Shown here piece after piece: positions 47,472 through 56,700 of a DNA stretch of 64,000 nucleotides. Source of the stretch: Paracoccaceae bacterium (GTDB lineage Bacteria; Pseudomonadota; Alphaproteobacteria; Rhodobacterales; Rhodobacteraceae). The position numbers and the translations under genes were made by a program. Positions within the stretch are counted from its first letter, which is position 1. Each line of letters begins with the position of its first letter. The stretch spans positions 915,966 to 979,965 of the forward strand of contig CBDAPX010000001.1 of NCBI GenBank assembly GCA_965198725.1, written 5' to 3'. The notes beneath the pieces were generated by a model that did not search any database, was not told the DNA's origin, and saw only the letters and a program-made list of their open reading frames with translations.

Positions 47472-47935
47472 TGGCCACCACAGCAAAGCTCAATCCGCGT
47501 CTCAAGGCTCAGCTTGAGCGCACGCCAGAGATCGCCGCGCGGGCAGCGGCTCAGGCGATGGAAGAGGGCGCGGATGAGATCGTGACCTTTATGAAATCGC
47601 TTGTGCCAGTGCGCAGTGGTGATCTGAAGGACAGTATCGCCTGGACCTGGGGCGATGCCCCAAAGGGGTCACTGGTGATTGATGAGATTCGCAGCGGCCA
47701 GAACGCTGGCAGGCAGTTCGCTACGCTGCGCATCACTTTCTACGCGGGCGAGTGGTATGGGCGGCTGGTGGAGTTCGGCACGCTGCCACATGCGCAGCCC
47801 AATCGGGGCACGGATCATCCAGGGGCAACGGCCCAACCGTTTTTCTATCCGGCATGGTGGGCCATGCAGGCCAAGTTCAAGCGCAAAATCAGGGCGGCTG
47901 TGCGCCGCGCAATCAAGGAGGCGATCCATGCCTAA
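47471..47935 (+). CDS. HK97 gp10-family protein
   Basis: ...GADEIVTFMKSLVPVRSGDLKDSI...EFGT....A.PF..P. Confidence 0.7.
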   Translation: MATTAKLNPRLKAQLERTPEIAARAAAQAMEEGADEIVTFMKSLVPVRSGDLKDSIAWTWGDAPKGSLVIDEIRSGQNAGRQFATLRITFYAGEWYGRLVEFGTLPHAQPNRGTDHPGATAQPFFYPAWWAMQAKFKRKIRAAVRRAIKEAIHA

Positions 47936-48116
47936 GGCGATCTTTACACGCGAATTTCACTACTCAAGCCGCAAGAAAAATGTGGGCTGGTCTGCATATC
48001 CTAGCGGAAAGCCTCAATCCTTCCCGACCGAGTTCATTGATGCGGCGATCAAAGCAGGATGTGCCCAGGCCACGCCTGCGCCTGCACCTGCAAGCAAAGA
48101 AACCCCGAACTCCTGA
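47928..48116 (+). CDS. small hypothetical protein
   Basis: 62 aa from MPKAIFTREFHY...; ATG overlaps the gp10 3' end. Confidence 0.4.
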   Translation: MPKAIFTREFHYSSRKKNVGWSAYPSGKPQSFPTEFIDAAIKAGCAQATPAPAPASKETPNS

Positions 48117-48183
48117 GCGCATCCCGCGCCAGGGCTAAACAGCCAACGGCCCGCAAGGGGGTCGTTTCTAATGGAGGACTGAC

Positions 48184-48630
48184 ATGGCTGAACCTGTAAC
48201 CCAAAAGTTTGAAGAGATGATCCTTGAGATCAGTGATGACGGTAACACATGGTCGCGGATTTGCGGGCTTGTCGGTGTCACGGTGACACGGCAGGCACAA
48301 ACAGACACCTCAGAGGTGCCCGCTGACTGCGATGATGAGAGTTTGCCGTTGAAGGTGAGCAAATCGGTGCGCTCAATTGACGTATCGGCCTCGGGCGAGG
48401 GTGTCTGGGCGCAGCAATCGCACGGCACTATCATGGATTGGTTCTACAGCGGCCAAACCAAGTTCGCGCGGATCGGCAACACCAAAGCTGCCGTTGGTGA
48501 GACGGAATATGAGCATGGTCCTGCATTCCTTACTCAGGTTTCCAATCAGCGAACCAAAGGGCAGCAGGTATCTGCGTCGATTCAGCTTGAGTTCGATGGT
48601 ACGCCCGCGCGGGCCGCGAAAGCGGCCTAA
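48184..48630 (+). CDS. major tail (tube) protein
   Basis: 148 aa; GGAGGA RBS; position before chaperone/TMP; phage major tail protein 2-like. Confidence 0.7.
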   Translation: MAEPVTQKFEEMILEISDDGNTWSRICGLVGVTVTRQAQTDTSEVPADCDDESLPLKVSKSVRSIDVSASGEGVWAQQSHGTIMDWFYSGQTKFARIGNTKAAVGETEYEHGPAFLTQVSNQRTKGQQVSASIQLEFDGTPARAAKAA

Positions 48631-48633
48631 GCC

Positions 48634-49029
48634 ATGCAGCCTATCGAAGTGATTTGGCCGGGTGGCAAGCATCCTATGACGCTTGCCGCTCTTGCGCATC
48701 TTGAGGGGTTGCAAGGTGCCGTGGACGCAGGGCCAGAGTTCCTGCTCAATAAAATCCGCCTTGGGCAATGGAACGCGGGCGATCTGTTTGAGGTCATTCG
48801 TTGGGGTTTGATCGGTGGCGGCTTGGATAACCTTGAGGCTGAAAAGTTGATGCAGCGTGTCTTTGGTCAGCATCCAAAGGCGGACTTCAAAGGGCCTGCA
48901 ATAGAGGTGCTCGCACACGCTTTATACGGTCCATCCGATGATCCCGTGGGGGAGACTGGGCCGGTGATGGAGCCGACACCGGCAGAACAAAAAACGGAAA
49001 ATGGAAGTTCAGCACCTTCTACGGATTAG
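48634..49029 (+). CDS. tail assembly chaperone (RcGTA g10-like)
   Basis: MQPIEVIWPGGKHPMTLAALAHLE.......G...L...I..G.W...D....I..GL GTA gp10-like pattern; directly upstream of TMP. Confidence 0.65.
   Translation: MQPIEVIWPGGKHPMTLAALAHLEGLQGAVDAGPEFLLNKIRLGQWNAGDLFEVIRWGLIGGGLDNLEAEKLMQRVFGQHPKADFKGPAIEVLAHALYGPSDDPVGETGPVMEPTPAEQKTENGSSAPSTD
48989..48994 (+). other. A6 slippery run for -1 frameshift of the tail chaperone
   Basis: CAA AAA ACG in frame of 48634 ORF; the -1 frame is open from 48942 to 49196. Confidence 0.5.
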
Positions 49030-49037
49030 GTGCGGCA

Positions 49038-49196
49038 ATGGGGTTTGATCCGTCGCAAGTGGGGCGGATGAGTCACTGGCAATTCATGGCTGCTCTTGAT
49101 GGATATGGCCGTGCAAACGGTTGGAAAAAGAGCGGTGGTTCGGGTGAAGCGATCAGCGATCAGCGTCTATCCGAACTTGGCATTGAGGGTTTTTAG
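49038..49196 (+). CDS. rcc01693-like small tail protein / frameshift extension of chaperone
   Basis: MGFDPSQVGRMSHWQFMAALDGYGRANGW... (52 aa) in the -1 frame relative to 48634 ORF. Confidence 0.55.
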   Translation: MGFDPSQVGRMSHWQFMAALDGYGRANGWKKSGGSGEAISDQRLSELGIEGF

Positions 49197-49198
49197 GG

Positions 49199-52129
49199 AT
49201 GGATGACAGCGATCTTTTGATCCAGGCGGGGTTTTCCACGGCCAAAATGGAGGCCGAAACCCGCAAGGTCATTGCCAAATACGAAGAAGCCGCCAAGCGC
49301 TCTGCCAAGAAGTTTGATGAGGCGATGGCCAAGGTTTCCAACAATGAAACCCTCAAGGCCACCGCCCGTGAAATTGACCGCCTCTCGCGCAAGTATGATC
49401 CAGCCTATGCTGGTGCCAAGAAATACGAGCGCGGGGTGAAAGAACTGAACCGCGCCGTGGAGATCGGCGCGATCACCAACAAGGAATATGAGCAGGGCCT
49501 TGAGCGTCTTGTGCAGGATTTGGAGCGCGGCGGCAAAGGCGCGGGCAAGTTCGGCGCTGCAATGCGTCAAGGCAGTGGTGCCTCTCGTTCCTATGGTGGG
49601 GCCTTGCAAAATGTCGGGTTCCAGATCGGGGACTTTGCCACGCAAGTTGGCGCAGGCACATCTGCCACGCAGGCGCTTGGCCAGCAGCTTCCTCAATTGC
49701 TCGGAGCGTTTGGTGCCTTTGGTGCAGGTGCCGGTGCAGCGGCGGCAATTCTGATCCCGCTTGGCGCGGCGCTTTACAAGAACCTGACGGGTGCAGTTGA
49801 TCTGGAAGAGCAGATGAAAGCGCTCTCTGAGGCCACGGATGCTTATGTTTCAGTTGCTGAGGCAGCGGCTACACCTATCGAAACGCTGCGCGAGAAATAT
49901 GGCGATCTCGCGGATGAGATGGCCTCGGTTAATGGGCAGCTTGCAACCATGCTTGGTGCAGTTGCTGAATTACAGCTTGATCAGAGCTTTTCCAGTTTTG
50001 CCAATCAGTTTGGCGGATTTTCTGAAACTGTTGACCGGCGCGGCAGAAATGCTGGTCCTGGCGGCGTTTCTGAGAGCGAGTTTCAGCGCACCGTATCATC
50101 GGTTACGCGTGCATATGACGTTGCTCGCGACGATGCTGAGGCCATTGTTAGAGCGCTCAAGAATGTGAATGAGGCAGTGGGTGCAGAGCAACGGCTTGAT
50201 GCTTTGCATGAAATGCTTGCTATTTTCACCCGCGCGGCGGAGTCATCAGAACAACTGGTAGACGTTTTTTCTGGTGACATTGCTCGGATTCAGCAGTTGA
50301 TCGAAAGCACGTCTAAGCAGGTAGAGGCTAGCCTGACCGAAGAAGAGCGCCGCCGCGAACAGATTTTCGCAAAGTATGCCGAGCGCGAGCGTGAACTGGC
50401 TCAGTTGATCTATGATCGGGGAATTGCAGAGCAAGAACTACGGCAAGCTACTCTTGATGGCGACCTGGACCATATAAAAGCGTCTCGCGCGGTTATCGCT
50501 GGCATTGATGAAGAGATCGAACGCCTGACCGATGCTCAGGGCCGCGTCACCGATTTGACCGCTGAAACGGAAATTTTGATTGGGGCGTTGGAGCGTGTCA
50601 CATTTGATCCAGACAATGAGGTCTATCAACAAGCATTGAAGCTCGCTGCGGCAGTGGCCGATGCCGAGCAAAATGTTGGTGATCTTGACGACGCTGATTT
50701 GTCCAGCTTGGAGGCACGTCTGAACTTCCTAAAGGATGGGTTCGAGAGCCTGCGCAGTCTGGCGCAAGGGCTTGATGGTGATCTGTCCTTGGCTGCGCAA
50801 AATGCGGCGGCGGAATATGGTCGCTCACGCATCCAGGGCGAAACAATGCGGCGCAACGCTGTGTCAGGCAGTGCCATTGAAACCATCAAGCAGTTTGAGG
50901 GAATGCGCGTGTCCTATGAGGATGCTAACCGCGATCTGTTGCGCCGTGTGGGCGAGTTCCAAGACGGCATCATTGGTCAGATTGGCCGTGATCGTTTCAA
51001 CGGCTTCACAGAGGCGCAGCAAGCCTCGCTGACCTCCATTGCCTACAATTATGGCTCTCTGCCTGACCGCATCCTGCCTGCTGTTCGAGGTGGGACGGAT
51101 CAGGACATTGCAACTGCCATCGCGCGGCTCCAAGGCGATAACGATGGCGTTAATCGCAACCGCCGTCTGCAAGAGGCCTCGGCCTTTGGCAATACGGCGC
51201 TGGTGCAATCCGAAATCCAGCAGCAAAGCGAACGCCAACGGCTCTTGGAGCAAGAGGCCAAAGAACGTGAGCGGTTGCAGGATATTCGCACCAGCTATGC
51301 TGATCTCATGCGAACGCAGATTACCGATGCAGAGTTTGAAAACAGCCTGATCGGGAAATCAGCCGAGGAACAAGCGCGGCTCAGGGCTGAATACCTGCTG
51401 ACGCAAGGTGCCAAGCGGCGCGGGATCGATCTGAATGAAAAGATCGCGGGTTCCGAGGAAACCTATGGCGAGGCGATCAAGCGCACCGCTGCCGCGCTGG
51501 CAGAGCTGGACGTGGTGCAACAGGAATTGCAGTCACGCCAGGAAGAGGCCGAGGCCAGCACGCGGCGCATGGAACAGGCGCAGAACTCGCTCAAGCAAGG
51601 GCTGATTGATGCGATTGTGGAGGGCAAGAACTTCTCGGACGTTCTGGGAAATGTGGCCAAGATGCTGGCCAAGGCGGCATTGGAGGCGGCTCTGTTTGGT
51701 AAGAATGGTCTGTTCAGCGGCCTCGGTGGCGGTGGTGGCGGATTGCTGGGCGGTCTGTTTGACGCATTGTTTCCTAGTGCGAATGGCAACGTTTTCTCAG
51801 GGGGACATCACGTCACGGCATACGCCAACGGCGGCGTGGTTGGAGGGCCAACCTACTTTCCGATGAAAGGTGGGCAAATGGGGCTCATGGGCGAGGCTGG
51901 ACCGGAGGCTATCATGCCGCTTACGCGCCTGCCCAATGGCAAGCTCGGCGTCGCATCTTCTGGGCAATCAGGTGTCTCTGTTACGTTCTCACCTGTGATT
52001 GATGCGCGTGGTGCTGATGCCGAGGCAGTGGCGCGGCTGGAATCGGCCATGCAGCGCGCGCAGGCTGAATTCAAGCCGCGTGTGATCGAGACAATGCGCG
52101 AGGCAGGCAAAAGGAACATTCAGGTATGA
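49199..52129 (+). CDS. tail tape measure protein with embedded lysozyme-like segment
   Basis: 976 aa, coiled-coil rich, G-rich hydrophobic blocks (GAFGAFGAGAGAAAA; GLGGGGGGLLGG); position. Confidence 0.85.
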   Translation: MDDSDLLIQAGFSTAKMEAETRKVIAKYEEAAKRSAKKFDEAMAKVSNNETLKATAREIDRLSRKYDPAYAGAKKYERGVKELNRAVEIGAITNKEYEQGLERLVQDLERGGKGAGKFGAAMRQGSGASRSYGGALQNVGFQIGDFATQVGAGTSATQALGQQLPQLLGAFGAFGAGAGAAAAILIPLGAALYKNLTGAVDLEEQMKALSEATDAYVSVAEAAATPIETLREKYGDLADEMASVNGQLATMLGAVAELQLDQSFSSFANQFGGFSETVDRRGRNAGPGGVSESEFQRTVSSVTRAYDVARDDAEAIVRALKNVNEAVGAEQRLDALHEMLAIFTRAAESSEQLVDVFSGDIARIQQLIESTSKQVEASLTEEERRREQIFAKYAERERELAQLIYDRGIAEQELRQATLDGDLDHIKASRAVIAGIDEEIERLTDAQGRVTDLTAETEILIGALERVTFDPDNEVYQQALKLAAAVADAEQNVGDLDDADLSSLEARLNFLKDGFESLRSLAQGLDGDLSLAAQNAAAEYGRSRIQGETMRRNAVSGSAIETIKQFEGMRVSYEDANRDLLRRVGEFQDGIIGQIGRDRFNGFTEAQQASLTSIAYNYGSLPDRILPAVRGGTDQDIATAIARLQGDNDGVNRNRRLQEASAFGNTALVQSEIQQQSERQRLLEQEAKERERLQDIRTSYADLMRTQITDAEFENSLIGKSAEEQARLRAEYLLTQGAKRRGIDLNEKIAGSEETYGEAIKRTAAALAELDVVQQELQSRQEEAEASTRRMEQAQNSLKQGLIDAIVEGKNFSDVLGNVAKMLAKAALEAALFGKNGLFSGLGGGGGGLLGGLFDALFPSANGNVFSGGHHVTAYANGGVVGGPTYFPMKGGQMGLMGEAGPEAIMPLTRLPNGKLGVASSGQSGVSVTFSPVIDARGADAEAVARLESAMQRAQAEFKPRVIETMREAGKRNIQV

Positions 52130-52704
52130 CGCTTGACCTATCAGTGCAGTGTTGGGATCGACCCGACATTAGACTTATGCGGCGTCAGGAGGTTTCTCGC
52201 ACGCAGGGCGGGATCACCATCAAAAAAGACATGGGGCCTGCTCTTTGGCATGTCTCGCTTTCGTCTTTTCCGGTAAGCCTAATTGAAGCGGATGCTCTGC
52301 ACGCACAACTCCAGGCTTTGGAAAATGACAGTGTGTTGATCAAAGGCGCTGTTGCCAATTGGCAGCCCAGTCATAGGGGGTTGCTTGATGGCGTTTCGAT
52401 TGAGGGTGTGTCGGGTCAAAGGCTGTCACTGGCAGGGCTTCCTGCGGGCTTGGTGCTTCCTATTGGTGCTCGTATGTCCGTGATTACCGGCCCTGGGCGT
52501 GAGTACTTTCAGTTGCTTGATCCGTCTGATCATGTTGGAGGTTTTCGTGTTTTGCCGGACATCCGCAATGTCTTAACGGGAATGAACGTTGAGCTTTCCC
52601 CGCCCTTGATTGAGGTGATGATTGAACCCGGAACCATAGAGTTCCAGTATCAAACGCGCCTCAAAAAGCGGGTTTCCTTTACTGCTATTCAGGTGCTGAC
52701 ATGA
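52126..52704 (+). CDS. distal tail / minor tail protein (hypothetical)
   Basis: 192 aa, ATGA-coupled to TMP; function by position only. Confidence 0.45.
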   Translation: MTLDLSVQCWDRPDIRLMRRQEVSRTQGGITIKKDMGPALWHVSLSSFPVSLIEADALHAQLQALENDSVLIKGAVANWQPSHRGLLDGVSIEGVSGQRLSLAGLPAGLVLPIGARMSVITGPGREYFQLLDPSDHVGGFRVLPDIRNVLTGMNVELSPPLIEVMIEPGTIEFQYQTRLKKRVSFTAIQVLT

Positions 52705-53315
52705 TTTTCGTTCAAGGTCCTGTCCAGACCGCATTGAATGGTCGCGCGATCAAGGTGCGCGATTTCATATGGTTCGTGGTGCGCGATCAGGACACGGGCG
52801 CGGATGTGCAGGCCGGGTTCTGGTCTGATGTGGGCACTGTTGACATGCAGGTCATCGACTCGCGCAGCCAGGCGGTGCAGGTGCGGCAGTTTGACGGGGC
52901 CGGGTCGTTGATCTCTGTCAGCCCAATTCCGCGAGTTTCCAACTTGACCGTCCAAAATGTCACGGTGGAACTGAGTCAGGTGTCAGATGCAAATGCCTTG
53001 ATCCGGGCCTATGATGCGCGCCAAGCCCGTGTCGAGATATTCCGGGGTCTGTTCGAGCCGGAATCGCTGGTGCAGATTGCACCGGCCTTTCCACGGTTCT
53101 TTGGCTTCGTCGATGACCCGGAGATCACCACGCCCCGCGAAAACGAGGATGGCAAGATCAGCCTGACCTGCGTGTCGCACACCCAAGAACTGACCCGGTC
53201 TAATCCTGCCACCCGCTCTGATGCCTATCAGCGGCAACGGAACGTGAATGACACCTTCCGGCAACATGCCGCTGTTGTGGGCAGCTGGGACATAAAATGG
53301 GGCACGGCGTCCTGA
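52701..53315 (+). CDS. tail hub protein (DUF2163-like, tentative)
   Basis: 204 aa; position equivalent to RcGTA g13; weak pattern similarity only. Confidence 0.4.
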   Translation: MIFVQGPVQTALNGRAIKVRDFIWFVVRDQDTGADVQAGFWSDVGTVDMQVIDSRSQAVQVRQFDGAGSLISVSPIPRVSNLTVQNVTVELSQVSDANALIRAYDARQARVEIFRGLFEPESLVQIAPAFPRFFGFVDDPEITTPRENEDGKISLTCVSHTQELTRSNPATRSDAYQRQRNVNDTFRQHAAVVGSWDIKWGTAS

Positions 53316-53316
53316 C

Positions 53317-53748
53317 ATGATCCGGCAAGCTGTCGATGCTGACCGCCCGAACATGGTTCGGATGGGGCGGGATTTCGTGTGCGCGTCTGGTTTGCCTCTG
53401 CCCTTTGATGCGGCATGGGCAGATCGGTCGCTGGCCGGGCATATGGCGCAACCTGACCGACTGGCGTTGGTGCTGGAACTTGATGGCGCAGCGCGCGGCA
53501 TGCTGTGCGCCGCGCAGGTCCAGTCACCGCTGGCCCCTGTGCGCGTGGCATCCGAATTGGTGTTTTGGATCGATCCGCCTGCGCGTGGCCGATGGGCGAT
53601 GAAAATGATCTGCGCCTATGAGGCGTGGGCGAAAGAACAGGGTTGCGCCTTGGCCAGTTTGGCCACGGTCGGAGCCAAAGGCGCGGATGCGCTTTATCGG
53701 CGGTGCAGTTTTGCGCCTGCCGAACGTCACTTCATGAAGGTTCTCTGA
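53317..53748 (+). CDS. GNAT-fold acetyltransferase-like protein inside tail module
   Basis: 143 aa; ...VFWIDPPARGRWAMKMICAYEAWAKEQGC....L......A..LY.R..F resembles the GNAT beta4-alpha3 acetyl-CoA loop. Confidence 0.5.
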   Translation: MIRQAVDADRPNMVRMGRDFVCASGLPLPFDAAWADRSLAGHMAQPDRLALVLELDGAARGMLCAAQVQSPLAPVRVASELVFWIDPPARGRWAMKMICAYEAWAKEQGCALASLATVGAKGADALYRRCSFAPAERHFMKVL

Positions 53749-56700
53749 TGGCAGTTTTCACAGCGATTGCGACCGCGATTGGCATTGGCGGCACGTTCCT
53801 TGGAACGCTGTTTGTCGCGGGCCTGAAAACCCTTGTGGGCATCGGTCTGAACAAGCTGGCCATGAAACTGGCCGGGAAAAAACAGGGTGATGGTTCGCAG
53901 TTTTCCGTTAAAAGCCAACTGCAGCGCGGAGCGGACCTGCCGCAATCCTTCCTGATCGGAAAGTGCGCAACCGCCGGTTCGCTGACCTATGCCAACACAT
54001 GGGGTGAAGCGGGTGGCACACCGAACGCCTATCTGACGATGGTGATTTCGCTCAGTGACATTCCGGTGCAGTCACTGGACGGCATTTGGGTCAATGGCGA
54101 AGCGGGCACCATTGGTGCAACCGCCCATGCTGATTATGGGTTCCCGGTCAAAGAGTTCCACAAGGATGGGAAAGATCATCTATGGGTGAAGTTCTTTGAC
54201 GGCACCCAGACGGCGGCTGATAGCTATCTGGTGAACACGGCGTCGAACGCGGAACGCCCATGGGATGCCAATGCCATCGGTCACGGCACGGCATACGCTG
54301 TGATGACGGCCCGGATCAATCAAGACCTGTTCAACGGCTTTCCATCCTTCCTGTTCGAACTGACAGGCGCGCGGTTTTACGATCCTTCCAAGGACAGCAG
54401 TGTCGGTGGCGTGGGCGCGCAGCGGTGGAGCGATCCGGCGACATGGGGCGGCGATGGTGATCTGTTGCCAGCGGTCCAGCTTTATAATCTGTTTCGCGGC
54501 ATGCAATTTGGGGACCGCTGGTTCTACGGCATGCAGGCCACCACCGCAGAACAGATGCCTGTGGCGCATTGGATTGGCCAGATCAACAAATGCCGCTCTT
54601 TGATTGCGGCACAAGGCGGCAATGAGCCAAAGTTTCGGTCGGGCGGCGAAATCGCTGTGGGCGCGCCGATTGCCGATGCGATGGAAGCGCTGCTGGATGC
54701 GTGTCAGGGCCGCATTACGGAATCGGGCGGTGTCTACAAGCTGTTCGTGGGTCATCCCGAAACAACCGTTGCGTCCTTCAGTGATGACGACATCCTGTCG
54801 ACTGAAGAGCAGTCATTCACACCGTTCTTTGGTCTGGCGGATACCGTCAACGGCGTGAACGCCAAGTATCCTGACCCCGATCAGGGCTGGCAGATTGAAA
54901 CCGCGCCACCGCTGAACAATTCCGACTATGAGGCCGAAGACGGTGCGCGACGGCTGATGGTCGATGTGCAGTTTGATCTTGTGCCCTACGCAGAGCAGGT
55001 GCAGCGCCTGATGCTGGCATCGCTCAATGAAGCCCGTCGCGCCCGCCGCCACACGTTCACGTTGCCGCCACGGTTCTGGGCGTTGGAGCCGGGTGACGTG
55101 GTTGAATGGACCAGTGCGCGCAATGGCTATGATGCCAAGCTGTTCCGTGTCGATGGGGTTCTGGACCAGCCCAATGCGGATGTGGTTGTCGATCTGACAG
55201 AAATTGACCCGACCGATTATGACTTCGACACGAATGTAGATTTCACACCTGTCGGGGGCGGATCGGTCACAAGCCCGATTTATCCGCCGCAGACGATTGC
55301 GGGCTGGACGGCGCAAGCCTCTTCGGTGCCGGATTCCACAGGGCTTGGCCGTCTTCCAGCGATCATGATCACATGGAATGGTGATGTTGATGATGTCGCT
55401 GCGGTGCAGGTGCGTGTTCGCGTCAAGGCGACTGGGGCTGTGGTGTTTTCGGGGCGCTTTGATGACGTGGTTGCGGGCACGGCGCTCATTGCCGAAGGCA
55501 TTCTGCCTGCGACTGAATATGAGGTTCAGGGGCGTTATATCCCGCGCAGCCCGCGCGATGTCGCGTGGTCTGACTGGTTGACCGTTATGACGCTGGATTT
55601 GCGTTTGGGCATCACAGATTTAGCGACGGAGGTTGGGCAGGCAATTTCCGATGCTCAAGCGGCGGCGGATGGCGCTGCTGCGGATGCGACCCAAGCCCTA
55701 CAGGATGCAGCGGATGTGCAGGCTGACCACAACGCGCTGACCAATGATTTCACCGGAACGCTGAACGCGGCGTTTTCGCAAAGGGATGCTGGTATCGCTG
55801 CAGCGCAGGCGGCGGCTGATGATGTGCAGGCTGATCATGATGCGCTGGTTGCTGGCTTTACCGGCGGCACGATTGAAGGGGCGATTGAAGCCCTGCGCGC
55901 AGAGAATGAGGCCAATATCGCGCCGCTTGGGGCATCTGTCTTGCGTGAGCCGCGCAGCCTCTGGTCGTGCAACGTGCATGTGGCCCGGCCTGATCTGGTG
56001 AAGCCTGCTGTGACCACGGGTCTGTTCATCACCGATGACGCAGATTTCGGGGAGTGCTTCGAATTTGGCGGGGTTTACAACACCAATCTTGGCCCAGCCT
56101 ATCCGGTCGAATTTGACCCGAACCGGGTCTACCGTATCACCGCCTGCTATAAGGTGGTTGATGATAATGGCGGCGCAGGGGTGCGTTTGCACCTTGGCGT
56201 ATCGACCCAAACGGGCACAACGCTTGTTCAGTCAAACATCCAGTCCGAGTTGCACAGCCCTTGGCTTCTGGTTGCCGATGGCCCGCAAACTTCGGTGCGC
56301 TATGTGTCGGGCGATGCGGCGGCGCTGGACGCCTATGGCATTGCCGGTTCTGACCGTATTGTCCTGACGGGGTCTGCATCGGCCAACAAGCTCTATCCCC
56401 AGCTTCGACAAAACAGTCGTGGTTCAACCAGCGGCAAGGTTCGGGTGGCCAGCATTGAAGTGGTCGATGTCACCGAAGCGCTGTCGGGCGTGAATGCCCT
56501 GCGCACAGAATTACAGAGCAATATCGACGGGGTCAGTGCCACACTGGCCAATGACTATTACACCGCTGTCGCCACCGATCAGGCCATTTCTGCGGCACAG
56601 CAGACCTTGCAGTCGAATATCGACGGCGTTGCCTCAGACCTGCAGACAAATCACTACACAATCGCCCAAACCGATGGTGCGATCAGCGCGGCCACCACAG

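Noticed and set aside
53625-53747. Upstream extension of the giant ORF (start at 53625)
   Set aside because: The extension overlaps the GNAT gene in another frame. The ATG at 53748 overlaps the GNAT stop (TGATG) and begins the hydrophobic N-terminus MAVFTAIATAIG typical of this protein class.
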